From NCBI GenBank assembly GCA_964441745.1, contig CAYTYR010000016.1, positions 1 to 49,043 of the forward strand: DNA of 49,043 nucleotides, given 5' to 3'. This document shows positions 19,843 through 29,729 of the stretch, piece by piece. Within the stretch, counting starts at the first letter, position 1; the number at the start of each line of letters is the position of its first letter. Source of the DNA: an uncultured Clostridia bacterium. GTDB taxonomy: Bacteria; CAYTYR01; UBA6262. The translations under genes were made by a program, and so were the position numbers. Below the pieces are notes generated by a model that saw only the letters and a list, made by a program, of their open reading frames with translations, ran no database searches and was not told the origin of the DNA.

Positions 19843-20955
19843 TTACCTGCTAAAGTAATGTTTAACAGCATCAACCACCGTAGCAACCTGTTCGTCCGTC
19901 ATGTCGCAGTACAGGGGGAGAGTAAGTATCTCCTCACCCACCCGTTCGGTCACAGGCAGAGAAGTAGCGAACGGTTTGAAGAACGGCTGCAGGTGGTTAG
20001 GGATGTAATGGATACCGGTACTTACGCCCTTTTCCTTCAGGAATTCTATCAGTTCCTCCCGATGCCCGTCCAGGACCCTGACTATATAAGTGAATGGCGC
20101 TGTTCCCTTCAAATCCCACGACAGGATTTTTAAGCCGTTAAGTTTATTGAAGGCCTCATTATATTTTCGCACAATTTCCTTCTTTATTTTAATAAAATTT
20201 TCAACTTTTCTTAGCTGGGCCACACCAATAGCGGCATTGATATTGCTCATGTGGTAACGGTAACCTTGTGTCGTCACCTCATAAAACCAGGCCCGCTCAT
20301 TCCGGTAGCGATGCCAGGTGTCCTTGTCAATGCCCAATATTCTTTTAGTGCGTATAATTTCGGCTATAGCGTCGTCAGGCAAAGTCACCGCGCCGCCCTC
20401 TCCGCAAGTCAGGTTCTTAATAGGATCAAAACTGAAACATGTCGCATCCCCGAAACTGCCCAACTTCTTACCTTTATATGAGGAGCCAAATGCGTGGGCG
20501 GCGTCTTCAATAATGCGGATACCCTTCTCCCGGCCGATCTTTAAAAGCGTATCCATATCACAGGCCTGGCCGCAATAATGCACAGGTATAATGGCCTTGG
20601 TCTTAGAGGTGATCCTTTTCTTCACGTCCTCCAGGTCCAGGTTGAGAGTATCGGGGTTGATCTCGCAGAATACGGGAATAGCTTTAAGAGCGGTTATCAC
20701 CTGAACGCTGGCGCAGAACGTGAATGAAGGGACAATGACTTCATCGCCTTCTTTTATGCCAAAGGCGTCCAACGCGATATGCAGGGCTGTGGTACCCGTA
20801 TTTACGGCTATAACATTCTTGGCGCCTAAGTATTTTTTAAGCCCGTTTTCGAACTCAAAAACAGTTGATCCCAACCCCAACCACCCGGTATCAAATACTT
20901 TTTTAACTTCATCCAGTTCCTCTATACCAATTGAAGGCCTAGATACTGGCAGCAT
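19843..20955 (-). CDS. DegT/DnrJ/EryC1/StrS PLP-dependent sugar aminotransferase
   Basis: NTGTTALH, PVHYCG, IEDAAHAFG, FSFDPIKNLTCGEGG, IHY, LPLY. Confidence 0.95.
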   Translation of the reverse strand: MLPVSRPSIGIEELDEVKKVFDTGWLGLGSTVFEFENGLKKYLGAKNVIAVNTGTTALHIALDAFGIKEGDEVIVPSFTFCASVQVITALKAIPVFCEINPDTLNLDLEDVKKRITSKTKAIIPVHYCGQACDMDTLLKIGREKGIRIIEDAAHAFGSSYKGKKLGSFGDATCFSFDPIKNLTCGEGGAVTLPDDAIAEIIRTKRILGIDKDTWHRYRNERAWFYEVTTQGYRYHMSNINAAIGVAQLRKVENFIKIKKEIVRKYNEAFNKLNGLKILSWDLKGTAPFTYIVRVLDGHREELIEFLKEKGVSTGIHYIPNHLQPFFKPFATSLPVTERVGEEILTLPLYCDMTDEQVATVVDAVKHYFSR

Positions 20956-20989
20956 AATATTCTCCTGTTTTAATTAATCAATTTGCAGT

Positions 20990-22456
20990 TTAAACTTTAA
21001 AGAGATTCTTTATCGAACTAAATGGATGTTTTATCAGTTTGTTAAAGTAGTATCTCAAACTATAATATGGGTGCGCCGTAATTTTTCTCCATCTCAAATA
21101 TAATCTTCCTTTCAGGAGCATTTTTCTGATATCTACTTCATTCCAATCAGGAGTCCTGATCGAAAAACTAGTGATAAAAAGATCGTCCAGGGTGAATTCC
21201 CGGGCAAAATATCCCTGCGCTTTACAAGTATTAAATAGTTCTGTACCAGGATATGGCGTGGCAACTGATATATGAGGCACATAAACCCCGCAATCCGCGG
21301 CAAAGCGAAAAGACGCCCACATATCCCTTAACTTTTCTCCAGGTAGGCCAATGACCAGGAACATGCCATAATCAAGGTTGATTTTTTGACAATGGTTGAT
21401 CAGAATCTTAACTTTATCCAAATCTAGGGGTTTCCTTATAATCGCACTCAAAACGCGCTTGGACCCGCTTTCCACAGGAAAGTTCAATTTAATACACCCC
21501 GATCGTTTCATCTGGTCTATCATTTTCACATCCATTGACCAAGCACCAACCCCGTTAGGTGTATCCCAGACAAAATTAAAACTTTCCTTCTCCATCCTTA
21601 AAAATAGTTCCATAGCCCGCGTAGGATTAGCGGTAACATTATCATCCTCAAACATAAGCTCTTCAATACCATACTTGTCTTTGAGCAGCCTCATCTCAGC
21701 AATAACATTATCAACCGATCTGAACCTGAACTTATTACCCCAGACTCTGAGCGCACTGCAAAATGTGCACTTGGCAGGACATCCGCGTGAAGTTATTATT
21801 GGACAAAACCTTTCTTTATGCCGATAACCATGTGAAGGAGTAAGTCCAAAATACCTGTCAATTTCCATAATATCATATGCCGGAAACGGTATTAAATCCA
21901 AGTCTGTTACCCAGTGTTTCTTTTCATTTATGTTTATTTTTCCATTCTTTTTCCATCCTAATCCATCAACGGTTGATATATCGACACCCTGCTGCAGTTT
22001 TAATATTAGGTCTTTAAAGGATTCTTCTGCTTCGCCTAGTAAAATAAAATCACAGGCAAGATCGTTAAGAACTTCTTCCGGGCAAACAGATACATGTGCA
22101 CCACCGGCCACGGTAATACAGTCCGGTTTAACTCTTTTAATCAGAGAAAACAGGTTATGATGGATCTTATATTGCCGGCTGAACTGGCAGTTGATCCCGA
22201 CCAGGTCTGGATTGAAGTCAACTAAATATTTTTCTATATCAGCATCGGCCAGGCCTACCCTGACCAACCTATCATTCAGTTCTTCTTCGTGATTCCAACC
22301 ACGCATTAGACAATCTAGAATCCTGACTTCTATTCCCATACCTCTGGCCACGGAAGCCAGGTATCCTAAACCCATTGGCGGCAACGGGGTTATATCCCTT
22401 CCCGACTTGAAGGTATAGGCAGGCGGAGCAATTAAAAGTATGCGGCTAATTTTCAT
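20990..22456 (-). CDS. Cobalamin-binding radical SAM protein (class B methyltransferase-like)
   Basis: PPMGLGYLA, GGAH, GEAE (B12-binding domain); TSRGCPAKCTFC; FEDDN; ESG; TPYPGT; ATG at 22456. Confidence 0.9.
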   Translation of the reverse strand: MKISRILLIAPPAYTFKSGRDITPLPPMGLGYLASVARGMGIEVRILDCLMRGWNHEEELNDRLVRVGLADADIEKYLVDFNPDLVGINCQFSRQYKIHHNLFSLIKRVKPDCITVAGGAHVSVCPEEVLNDLACDFILLGEAEESFKDLILKLQQGVDISTVDGLGWKKNGKININEKKHWVTDLDLIPFPAYDIMEIDRYFGLTPSHGYRHKERFCPIITSRGCPAKCTFCSALRVWGNKFRFRSVDNVIAEMRLLKDKYGIEELMFEDDNVTANPTRAMELFLRMEKESFNFVWDTPNGVGAWSMDVKMIDQMKRSGCIKLNFPVESGSKRVLSAIIRKPLDLDKVKILINHCQKINLDYGMFLVIGLPGEKLRDMWASFRFAADCGVYVPHISVATPYPGTELFNTCKAQGYFAREFTLDDLFITSFSIRTPDWNEVDIRKMLLKGRLYLRWRKITAHPYYSLRYYFNKLIKHPFSSIKNLFKV

Positions 22457-23726
22457 CGCCGCTCCCGCTAAGATAGTTCGCATATGACAATAAGTACCTG
22501 CCAACCGCTCTTTCCGCGGTAAAGTGTTTTAGGTAATAATCATAACCAGCCGCACCCATCTGCCGCCTTAGTTCTGGAGAGGAAGCAACTTCCTGCAAGG
22601 CGGCAGATAACTGGCTAACATCTCCGGGATCCAGTAGCAGTCCGGTTACCCCGTGGACCACCTGCTCAACTGTGCCGGCGATCTTGCTGGCTATGACCGG
22701 CTTTCTATGGCTCATTGCCTCCAGGATAACGAAAGGAAAATCTTCGCGTTCTGTCGAAGGGAGGACCAACGCATCGATCATCTCCATATAATTCATTACC
22801 TCATCTTCTCTTTTTTCCCCGACAAATAAGCAATAGTCAGATAGCCCTTTTTCTTTAACTAATTCTTCCAGCTCAGTACGAGAATCACCGTCCCCCACGA
22901 TCACGATCTTGAAGGAAGGCAAATCTTCAGGGTGTTGATTGATCAACCTCCTGGCCGCTTCAAATAATATCCGATGACCTTTACGCGGCCCTAAAACACC
23001 AATTATACCAAAGATAACTCCCGCAAAATTTTCCCATTCTATGGTTTGGCGGGTCTCGTCCGGAGTTAACCGGGCGGGGCTATAGTTTATACCATGATTG
23101 ATGGCGCTCGACCTGGACTCAGTCAGTCCAAGCACTTTTACCAGCCGCTCTGACGCCGCTAACGATCCGGTTAGAAAATTATTCACTGTATGGATTACCA
23201 TTCGATCAATGGGGTAGTCCAGCCAGCGGAACATATTGTCATATCCTACCGCCATATTATTCACGAACATCACCACAACCGGCACCCCCGCCAGTTTGGC
23301 CCCAATCGCCGCCGCCCGTGCTGACAAGGCTCCGGGATAGCCGCCGTTATTTATATGCGCTATATCTGGCCTGATCCTTCTCATCAAGCGATAAAAGACC
23401 CATACCTCCCATGCTAATAAGGGTATGAACCCACCTATCCTCTGGGCAAAAAACCACAGACGCCGGAGGCTCTGCGGCAGTTTCGTCGGCAATACGGAGA
23501 AATTGAATATCTCCGGAAAAGAAAGAGGATAAATAGGGAAATCCACCTGCACCCTGCGTGCCAGGCCGTCGGCATAAAGAGGAGTGAAACGGTAACTGAA
23601 GGAAATGTCATATTCATTTTTTAACTCAGTGGAGGATAATAGCGTGGCTAGCATATTATCGGCGCCACCGAAATATGTACAATCCGAATGAAAGTGAATC
23701 TTAGCCCGCGCCTGACTTCCCCTCAT
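22446..23726 (-). CDS. GT4 glycosyltransferase
   Basis: FGGAD, RKGH, REDFPFVILEAM, IAGTVEQV. Confidence 0.88.
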   Translation of the reverse strand: MRGSQARAKIHFHSDCTYFGGADNMLATLLSSTELKNEYDISFSYRFTPLYADGLARRVQVDFPIYPLSFPEIFNFSVLPTKLPQSLRRLWFFAQRIGGFIPLLAWEVWVFYRLMRRIRPDIAHINNGGYPGALSARAAAIGAKLAGVPVVVMFVNNMAVGYDNMFRWLDYPIDRMVIHTVNNFLTGSLAASERLVKVLGLTESRSSAINHGINYSPARLTPDETRQTIEWENFAGVIFGIIGVLGPRKGHRILFEAARRLINQHPEDLPSFKIVIVGDGDSRTELEELVKEKGLSDYCLFVGEKREDEVMNYMEMIDALVLPSTEREDFPFVILEAMSHRKPVIASKIAGTVEQVVHGVTGLLLDPGDVSQLSAALQEVASSPELRRQMGAAGYDYYLKHFTAERAVGRYLLSYANYLSGSGDEN

Positions 23727-24262
23727 ATATCGTCACACCGTTCTAAATAATAAGTAATATCGTCCAGTGGGAACAAATGACTGAAATAAAGCTCATAGTG
23801 ATTAGGCCAACGATTGGCCAGATTAACAATGATCTGCTTCCTCCATGGATTCGGCAGGAGCTCATTAAACACTATCTTCCTGACTTTGAAACGGGCGTGC
23901 GTATATGCGTACCTTTGGAAAAATTGATGGTCAGGGTCATAATAAGCAAAAGAGTTATAGGTAAAAAAATGGGTGTGGGTCGGATCGATACAGGCCCAAT
24001 GTGACCGGAAATACGGCACGATTACCTTTACCAGCCCTCCGGGCTTACTTATTCTATAGACTTCTTCCATTACCCGGATGACGTTATCCAGATGTTCTAA
24101 TACGTTGTCGAGGTAGATTTCATCAAATTCCTTATCTTTTAAAGGATAAGGGAACTTGTTTAGATCATGCACTATATCAGCTCCAAGGTTGGCGTTAAAA
24201 TCGACGCCGATAGCCCCCGGATGCTTCTTCTTGCCGCACCCCAAATCCAGGATTTTTGTCAT
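23723..24262 (-). CDS. Class I SAM methyltransferase (type 11)
   Basis: LDLGCG, HDLNKFPYP, VLEHL, DPTH; ATG at 24262. Confidence 0.85.
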   Translation of the reverse strand: MTKILDLGCGKKKHPGAIGVDFNANLGADIVHDLNKFPYPLKDKEFDEIYLDNVLEHLDNVIRVMEEVYRISKPGGLVKVIVPYFRSHWACIDPTHTHFFTYNSFAYYDPDHQFFQRYAYTHARFKVRKIVFNELLPNPWRKQIIVNLANRWPNHYELYFSHLFPLDDITYYLERCDDI

Positions 24263-24270
24263 GTCCGCCC

Positions 24271-24972
24271 CTATTTCTTTTTTACTATCAGTAAATAATT
24301 CAAGCATAATTTGTCGTTATAGTAAAATCTATCAAGATGCAAAGCCTGCCAATTCATTATGGGGATTAAAACAAAGTTTCTGAATTTCCGGCAGATCCTT
24401 GATGGTAAACTGTTATTGCCCCGGCTGTTAAAAGACATGATCTTCAGTTGCTTCAAGGCCGCATATGCTCCTTCGGTCGGAGATATTTCTACTATCTCGA
24501 ACCCGACGTTCTCAAACAGCCGCTGTAGGCCGAATCTGGAAAAACGATAAAAGTCATAGGGTTCGGCGTGAGTTTCCCACACGAAGGGAACGGTGAAGAT
24601 GCCGATCCCGCCTTTCTTTAATAGTCTGTAACACTCGCTAACGTACTTCCCGGTTTCAAAAACATGTTCCATCACCTGGGTAGACAATAACGTGTCAAAT
24701 TTTTCCGCCTCCAAGCCGGTTGCCGCCACATCGGCATATACGTCGGCTATTGTTTCTGTGCCGTAGTTCGCCTTAGCGGTTTCCGGGTGATCTATCCCTA
24801 AATAAGAAGTCAGATAAGGACGAAATAGCGTTTCATAAGGTTTCGTCCCACACCCTAGATCAACTAGATCCCCTTTAACATAACAGGTGGCTCTGGATAG
24901 CGCTTTAGCTAGATTATCCCTGGTGATCTTCGTAGCGGATAAATAAGATACTCCCAGGAATTCCTTCTGCAC
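24271..24972 (-). CDS. Class I SAM methyltransferase (type 11)
   Basis: VDLGCGTKPY, TQVMEHV, VPFVWETHAEPYDFYRF; GTG start. Confidence 0.87.
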   Translation of the reverse strand: MQKEFLGVSYLSATKITRDNLAKALSRATCYVKGDLVDLGCGTKPYETLFRPYLTSYLGIDHPETAKANYGTETIADVYADVAATGLEAEKFDTLLSTQVMEHVFETGKYVSECYRLLKKGGIGIFTVPFVWETHAEPYDFYRFSRFGLQRLFENVGFEIVEISPTEGAYAALKQLKIMSFNSRGNNSLPSRICRKFRNFVLIPIMNWQALHLDRFYYNDKLCLNYLLIVKKK

Positions 24973-24982
24973 TTTGCCGATG

Positions 24983-26134
24983 TTATCCTCCTGCTTGCTT
25001 AATCTCCCGCCAGAATATCTCCTGCGTATAAGTATTTTCAGATTCGGGTGAGGTCAAAAAATTGTATTTATAATCTTCATAGCATTTCTGGTTGATATCC
25101 CCGATGACCACCTGGCGGCCCTGAGATATTTCGTCGATATTATAAAGGGGCGCCAGCAGATAATCAGCGTTAGCCTGAATATCCCGCATTATGGTCTCCT
25201 TATAGAGGGTCCGCATATCTTCGGTATAAATAAATATAACCGGCTTGGCGTTCAGGACTGCGTAGCAGGTGGAAGTACTATGCATAGAAATTACAAACTC
25301 GGCATCTTTTACCAGCTTAGCAGTCTGTAGACGATACATTTCTCGTCCCTGAAAAGTGTCGGCGCTGTAATCAGCAGTAGGATGGGCGGCTATAACCACC
25401 TTCAATCCATGTTCCCTCTCCACCAGGTCAAAAAAGCGATTAAGGGAACGATAATAGGAATCAGCCTTGATCACTGGCAAACCCTGGATACCGATATCGT
25501 TATGGTAAGGAAGATAAATATCCAGGTAGACAGCATACGGACCTTTGACAACTCTTTCACTTTTAGATCGGGCCTTGAGAAAGTGTTCATAATCGCATAG
25601 GTTTATAGGCACTATTCTGGCGGCATACCGGTCATTGGTCATCATAATTTTCCCGGCCGCAAATATGATGTCAAAAGGCTTAACCAGCTTTAACTTCCGA
25701 TAAAATCGAATTTTGGCCAAATCAAATAATATCGTTAGCAGGCGCAGGGGATGTTGCAAGTGGTTTGAAACCTTCCACCAAGTCGGCCGGGAAAGGCTGG
25801 GCCTGGCCCCCTGGGCAATATATATCATCCGGCAATGGTGCTTGGATAGTAATTGAAATACCCTCAGGAAGCGCGCTCCGCAACTCACCAGCATTATATA
25901 TGACGCGTCTTTATTCTCCGGCAGAAGCAGCTTTACTTCCAGTTCTTTGTAAGTGCGTAAATAATGAAGATAATCCGGATTTTTTGTACCTTTATCATCA
26001 TACTCTTCCCGTACCAGGGACACGATGTCCCAATATTCCACCCGGGCGCCCTGGGCCAGCAGATAGTCGATATGCCAATCGCGCGCGATCCTGTCAGTTA
26101 GACGGGAGAATGATATATAAATAACTTTACTCAC
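24983..26134 (-). CDS. Uncharacterised protein, candidate GT-B CMP-ulosonate (sialyl-like) transferase
   Basis: Soluble 383-aa ORF with VVIAAHP and ISMHSTS..AVLNAKPV motifs; downstream of the neuB/neuA module. Function is inferred. Confidence 0.5.
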   Translation of the reverse strand: MSKVIYISFSRLTDRIARDWHIDYLLAQGARVEYWDIVSLVREEYDDKGTKNPDYLHYLRTYKELEVKLLLPENKDASYIMLVSCGARFLRVFQLLSKHHCRMIYIAQGARPSLSRPTWWKVSNHLQHPLRLLTILFDLAKIRFYRKLKLVKPFDIIFAAGKIMMTNDRYAARIVPINLCDYEHFLKARSKSERVVKGPYAVYLDIYLPYHNDIGIQGLPVIKADSYYRSLNRFFDLVEREHGLKVVIAAHPTADYSADTFQGREMYRLQTAKLVKDAEFVISMHSTSTCYAVLNAKPVIFIYTEDMRTLYKETIMRDIQANADYLLAPLYNIDEISQGRQVVIGDINQKCYEDYKYNFLTSPESENTYTQEIFWREIKQAGG

Positions 26135-26149
26135 TATAGAGTCTCCCCT

Positions 26150-26965
26150 TTAGCATCCGGTCGGTACTCCCCAGAATTCGCAGGTGCTGCAGAGCGGTAC
26201 GTTCTTTCTCTGCCCGGCTATATGCTGCTCGATCCATTCTTTTCTCTTGGGGCTGTTCCAGATATCCGCCAGGGGAGTTTTGGTGCAGTCGCCGATGATA
26301 CCCACCCCTTTGGGGTCGAACCGGACGCAGATAGAAACTTTCCCATCCCGGCGGATGACCATATGGTTCAACAGGTCCAGGCAGATGCCTATCTCCGGCA
26401 CGGTCGGGTTCTTGGTATACTTAAAGCTGCCCATGGGATTATGCAATATCCTAGTGGCAATGGTGCAGCCGAATTTCCGGTACTTTTCCACATCCATATC
26501 CCCCAGGCAACGGATAATGACATTTGGCTTACGGTCACCTTTTATCTTCAGGAACTCCTCAATTAATTTATACTGCGCATCGGCGTCCTTGTCCTTTTCA
26601 AAGGTGGAAATGGTCAATGTCTCCAGGTTGCCGATGATCTCCTCCGCCTGCTCTACCAACAGTATGCCGTTGGTATCCGTGCATCTTATCTGCCGCGTGA
26701 ACAACTGCGCAGCTTCCTTGAACCTGGGGTACATAAGCGGATCGCCGTTATTGTGCAATTGCACAACTATGTTATCCGGCAGTTGCGCCGCTATGGACTT
26801 AACCAGCGCGAAATCCATATCCCCGTAATTCAGGGCTATCTCCGGATAGTCGCGGTCGACCTTGCGGCGTCCGCACATCCAGCAATCCTTGTTGCAACGG
26901 TTGGTCAGCTCGACGTTGACTACCGCCAGGCCATTAAAGCATTGTTTTTTATCCGCATTAGCCAT
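26150..26965 (-). CDS. Radical SAM / SPASM(twitch)-domain protein
   Basis: VELTNRCNKDCWMC; TNG; C-terminal IC..DGKVSIC..IWNS..LCSTC; ATG at 26965 after GGAG. Confidence 0.85.
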   Translation of the reverse strand: MANADKKQCFNGLAVVNVELTNRCNKDCWMCGRRKVDRDYPEIALNYGDMDFALVKSIAAQLPDNIVVQLHNNGDPLMYPRFKEAAQLFTRQIRCTDTNGILLVEQAEEIIGNLETLTISTFEKDKDADAQYKLIEEFLKIKGDRKPNVIIRCLGDMDVEKYRKFGCTIATRILHNPMGSFKYTKNPTVPEIGICLDLLNHMVIRRDGKVSICVRFDPKGVGIIGDCTKTPLADIWNSPKRKEWIEQHIAGQRKNVPLCSTCEFWGVPTGC

Positions 26966-27650
26966 TTTCTTTTTCTCCATAGCCCAGGACCATTTTTTCC
27001 ACGGACCACCTGAAGTATTTTATCCCGGTCAATTCGGTCAGTTTCCTGGCTGACAGCGATGATAAGCAAACGGACATTAAACTGCTAAGGACCTTTAACG
27101 AGGAATGCCGCCAAATAGCCGGGTACTGGTGGAACAATTCCGTGCGCACGCGGGCGAACCCGTTCAATTCCAGCACATCCTGCAGGGATTTGATAGTGTA
27201 AGGCCGGCTATGGGTACAGTCGTCGTAAAAGTTTTTCATCTGGCTGACCCAGTCGGGCGTCAGGATGATGATTTTCCCACCGGGTTTCAGGACCCGGCTG
27301 GTCTCGCGCATAATCCTCTCCGGCGAATAGAAGTGCTCTAAAAGGGATTTATGGAACACAATGTCGAAATGGGCGTCCGGATAAGGCAGCTTGTCTTTGG
27401 TCAGGTCCACGCAGTTGACTTTGAGGTGTTTTTTATTCTTAGAGCAGTAATCGCTCAGGTCCACTCCGTAAACATCCACTCCGGCGGACTGGAAGGCTTC
27501 CAGGCATTCGCCGCGGCCGCAGCCGATCTCCAGGAGTTTCGCGCCTGGTTGTATCCCGAAACGCTGACCGAGGTAAGCGGCCAGCCGGGCCGGGTAATCC
27601 GTCAGGGGCTTGCGCTTTTCATCGTAAACTACTTCAATATAATCCTTCAT
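26958..27650 (-). CDS. Class I SAM methyltransferase
   Basis: LEIGCGRG, GVDLS, LPYPD..FD, RVLKPGG; ATG at 27650. Confidence 0.88.
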   Translation of the reverse strand: MKDYIEVVYDEKRKPLTDYPARLAAYLGQRFGIQPGAKLLEIGCGRGECLEAFQSAGVDVYGVDLSDYCSKNKKHLKVNCVDLTKDKLPYPDAHFDIVFHKSLLEHFYSPERIMRETSRVLKPGGKIIILTPDWVSQMKNFYDDCTHSRPYTIKSLQDVLELNGFARVRTELFHQYPAIWRHSSLKVLSSLMSVCLSSLSARKLTELTGIKYFRWSVEKMVLGYGEKENG

Positions 27651-27654
27651 CGGT

Positions 27655-28080
27655 TTAAAGTACCTCCACCAATTCCAGGAAATTGCCCTCCGGGTCGCGG
27701 CAAAAAACAACTTTAGCGTAATTATCCGGAGACACCTGCGGGGAACTGTTAAATTCGACCCCCAGCACTTTTAATCGGCTATATTCACGGTCCAGGTTTT
27801 CCACGGTAAAAGCCATGTGGGAATAACCATAATCTTCCAAACCCTTTTTTACCGGTACGCCGGCATTAGATCCAAAACACAGTAGTTCTATAAGGTTGCC
27901 GTCATCGGCGTTCATCTTGACGGTAGTCAGCTTGACCCCTCTTAACCCCAAGATCTTATCGGTAAATTCGCCGGACTCGGACATTTCCTTCTTAACCTTG
28001 AACCCCAGCACGTCCCGGTAAAAATTCAGCATTTTTGCCAGGTCCTTCACCACTATGCCGGTATGGCGTATGGCTTTCAT
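27655..28080 (-). CDS. VOC/glyoxalase family protein
   Basis: HTGIVVKDL..FYRDVLG..IELL..HMAFTV..RDPEGNFLELVE; ATG at 28080 overlaps the neuA stop. Confidence 0.88.
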   Translation of the reverse strand: MKAIRHTGIVVKDLAKMLNFYRDVLGFKVKKEMSESGEFTDKILGLRGVKLTTVKMNADDGNLIELLCFGSNAGVPVKKGLEDYGYSHMAFTVENLDREYSRLKVLGVEFNSSPQVSPDNYAKVVFCRDPEGNFLELVEVL

Positions 28081-28841
28081 TTCTGGTCTCCTGCCGGACA
28101 ATATTTGGGATAATGTTCGGTTAAATATTTATTTATCACGCTGCCGTTCCGGCTGAGCAGGTATTCCAAGAAATCAAAATCGTCGGCTTTATCGACCTCA
28201 CCCACGGACGGGGTGATATACGCCAGGATATTGGGCCCGTGGAGAGTGTTGGTCTTTTTGATGAATTCCGGCCGCACCACGTCCACGTAGCCGTTCGGGC
28301 AATAGGCTTTAGGGAACGACTGGCGGGGCAGGTTGTGGTAATCGGGCCGGGGATCATTGGGGAAAAACCCCCGGAAGAAATTTTTGTCATCGATCATGAA
28401 CATCTTCTGCGGAGGCTGGGAATTTACATAGGCCGAGCGTAAACAGGTAGCGTCCGGCCTTTGGGCGATAACCGCGATCGCTTTGCCTATCTCCGCCGGA
28501 TCCCTTAGCGGCGTGGTTGGCCGCAAATGCACTATCAGATCAGGCAGCGCGACGCCATTCTGCTCGAACCAGGCAATAGCGTGTTGGAACAGCTCCAGGT
28601 CCGTGGAATTATCCAGGGATATTTCCGCCGGCCTCAGGAAGGGTGCTTCCGCCCCGAAGGCGACGGCGATGTCGGCTATCTCCCGTGAATCAGTAGAGAC
28701 GATGGTCCGCTCGATGCTGCCGGCCATTTTGGAGGCGGCAATGGCATAGGCGATCAAAGGATAGCCGCCCAGGCACTTAATATTTTTCCCGGGCACTCCT
28801 TTGGAACCGCCCCTGGCTGGTATGATCGAATATACCTTCAT
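28077..28841 (-). CDS. neuA: Acylneuraminate (CMP-nonulosonate) cytidylyltransferase
   Basis: IPARGGSKGVPGKN, VSTD, PFLRP, LRPTTPLR, PRQ, NGYVD. Confidence 0.92.
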   Translation of the reverse strand: MKVYSIIPARGGSKGVPGKNIKCLGGYPLIAYAIAASKMAGSIERTIVSTDSREIADIAVAFGAEAPFLRPAEISLDNSTDLELFQHAIAWFEQNGVALPDLIVHLRPTTPLRDPAEIGKAIAVIAQRPDATCLRSAYVNSQPPQKMFMIDDKNFFRGFFPNDPRPDYHNLPRQSFPKAYCPNGYVDVVRPEFIKKTNTLHGPNILAYITPSVGEVDKADDFDFLEYLLSRNGSVINKYLTEHYPKYCPAGDQK

Positions 28842-28853
28842 AGGACTCCCTGG

Positions 28854-29702
28854 TTATAAGCTATTGACTTTCCTGAGTTTTTTCTTGATATTTTCTTCTT
28901 CCGGAGTAACTTTCTTTACCCCGTCGCCGCAAGCTTTCTCTATAGTTTTGATATAATTAATTAACCGGTAAAAACCCATTACTTCTATAGAGGCTGCCTG
29001 ATCCGACCCATACATGGCCCGGTCCAGGGTGATATGTCTCTCTACTGACGTCGCCCCAAGGCATACTGCCGCGCAGGTGACTATCAGCCCTACTTCGTGT
29101 CCGCTGTACCCCACTTTACATTTGAATTTATCCCTGAGAGCCGGTATTACTTTTAAATTGGCCTGGTTATCCGGCATCGGGTACATGCTGTTGCAATGCA
29201 TCAGCTCGAACGGGCAGTCGTATTTCTTAAATACCGCCACTGCCTTCTCTATCTCCTCCATGGTGCTCATGCCGGTGCCGATAAAGGTGTATTTTTTCTC
29301 CTTGGCCACCTCTTCCAGTATTTGCTTGTCCGTCAGCATAGCGGAGGCTATCTTATTGTATTTGCTGTTATATTTCTTCAGGAATTTCTGGCTGTCAATG
29401 TCCCAGGCCGAGGCGAACCACTCAATGCCTTTGCTTTTGCAGTAACTGTCTATCTCATCATATTCTTTCCCGCCGAATTCCAGGCCCAGCTTCTGGTCAC
29501 GGTTGGTGGTGCCCCAGGGGCTTTCCCGCGGCTTATCCAGCTCTTCCTTGGAATAAACCTTCTCCACTGTCCTTTTCTGGAACTTCACCGCGTCAGCGCC
29601 GGAAAAAACCGCGCCATCGATCAGCTTCTTGGCGATATTGATATCGCCGTTGTGGTTGATGCCTATTTCCGCGATAACAATAACCTTGCCTTTATTAGCC
29701 AT
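28854..29702 (-). CDS. neuB: N-acetylneuraminate synthase family (short form, no C-terminal SAF domain)
   Basis: IAEIGINHNG, AVKFQKR, KIASA, HCNSMYP, GYSGHE, ERHITLDR..GSDQ; ends at 282 aa. Confidence 0.92.
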   Translation of the reverse strand: MANKGKVIVIAEIGINHNGDINIAKKLIDGAVFSGADAVKFQKRTVEKVYSKEELDKPRESPWGTTNRDQKLGLEFGGKEYDEIDSYCKSKGIEWFASAWDIDSQKFLKKYNSKYNKIASAMLTDKQILEEVAKEKKYTFIGTGMSTMEEIEKAVAVFKKYDCPFELMHCNSMYPMPDNQANLKVIPALRDKFKCKVGYSGHEVGLIVTCAAVCLGATSVERHITLDRAMYGSDQAASIEVMGFYRLINYIKTIEKACGDGVKKVTPEEENIKKKLRKVNSL

Positions 29703-29729
29703 TTACCCCTCCCTGTTTTTTCTGGTCGT

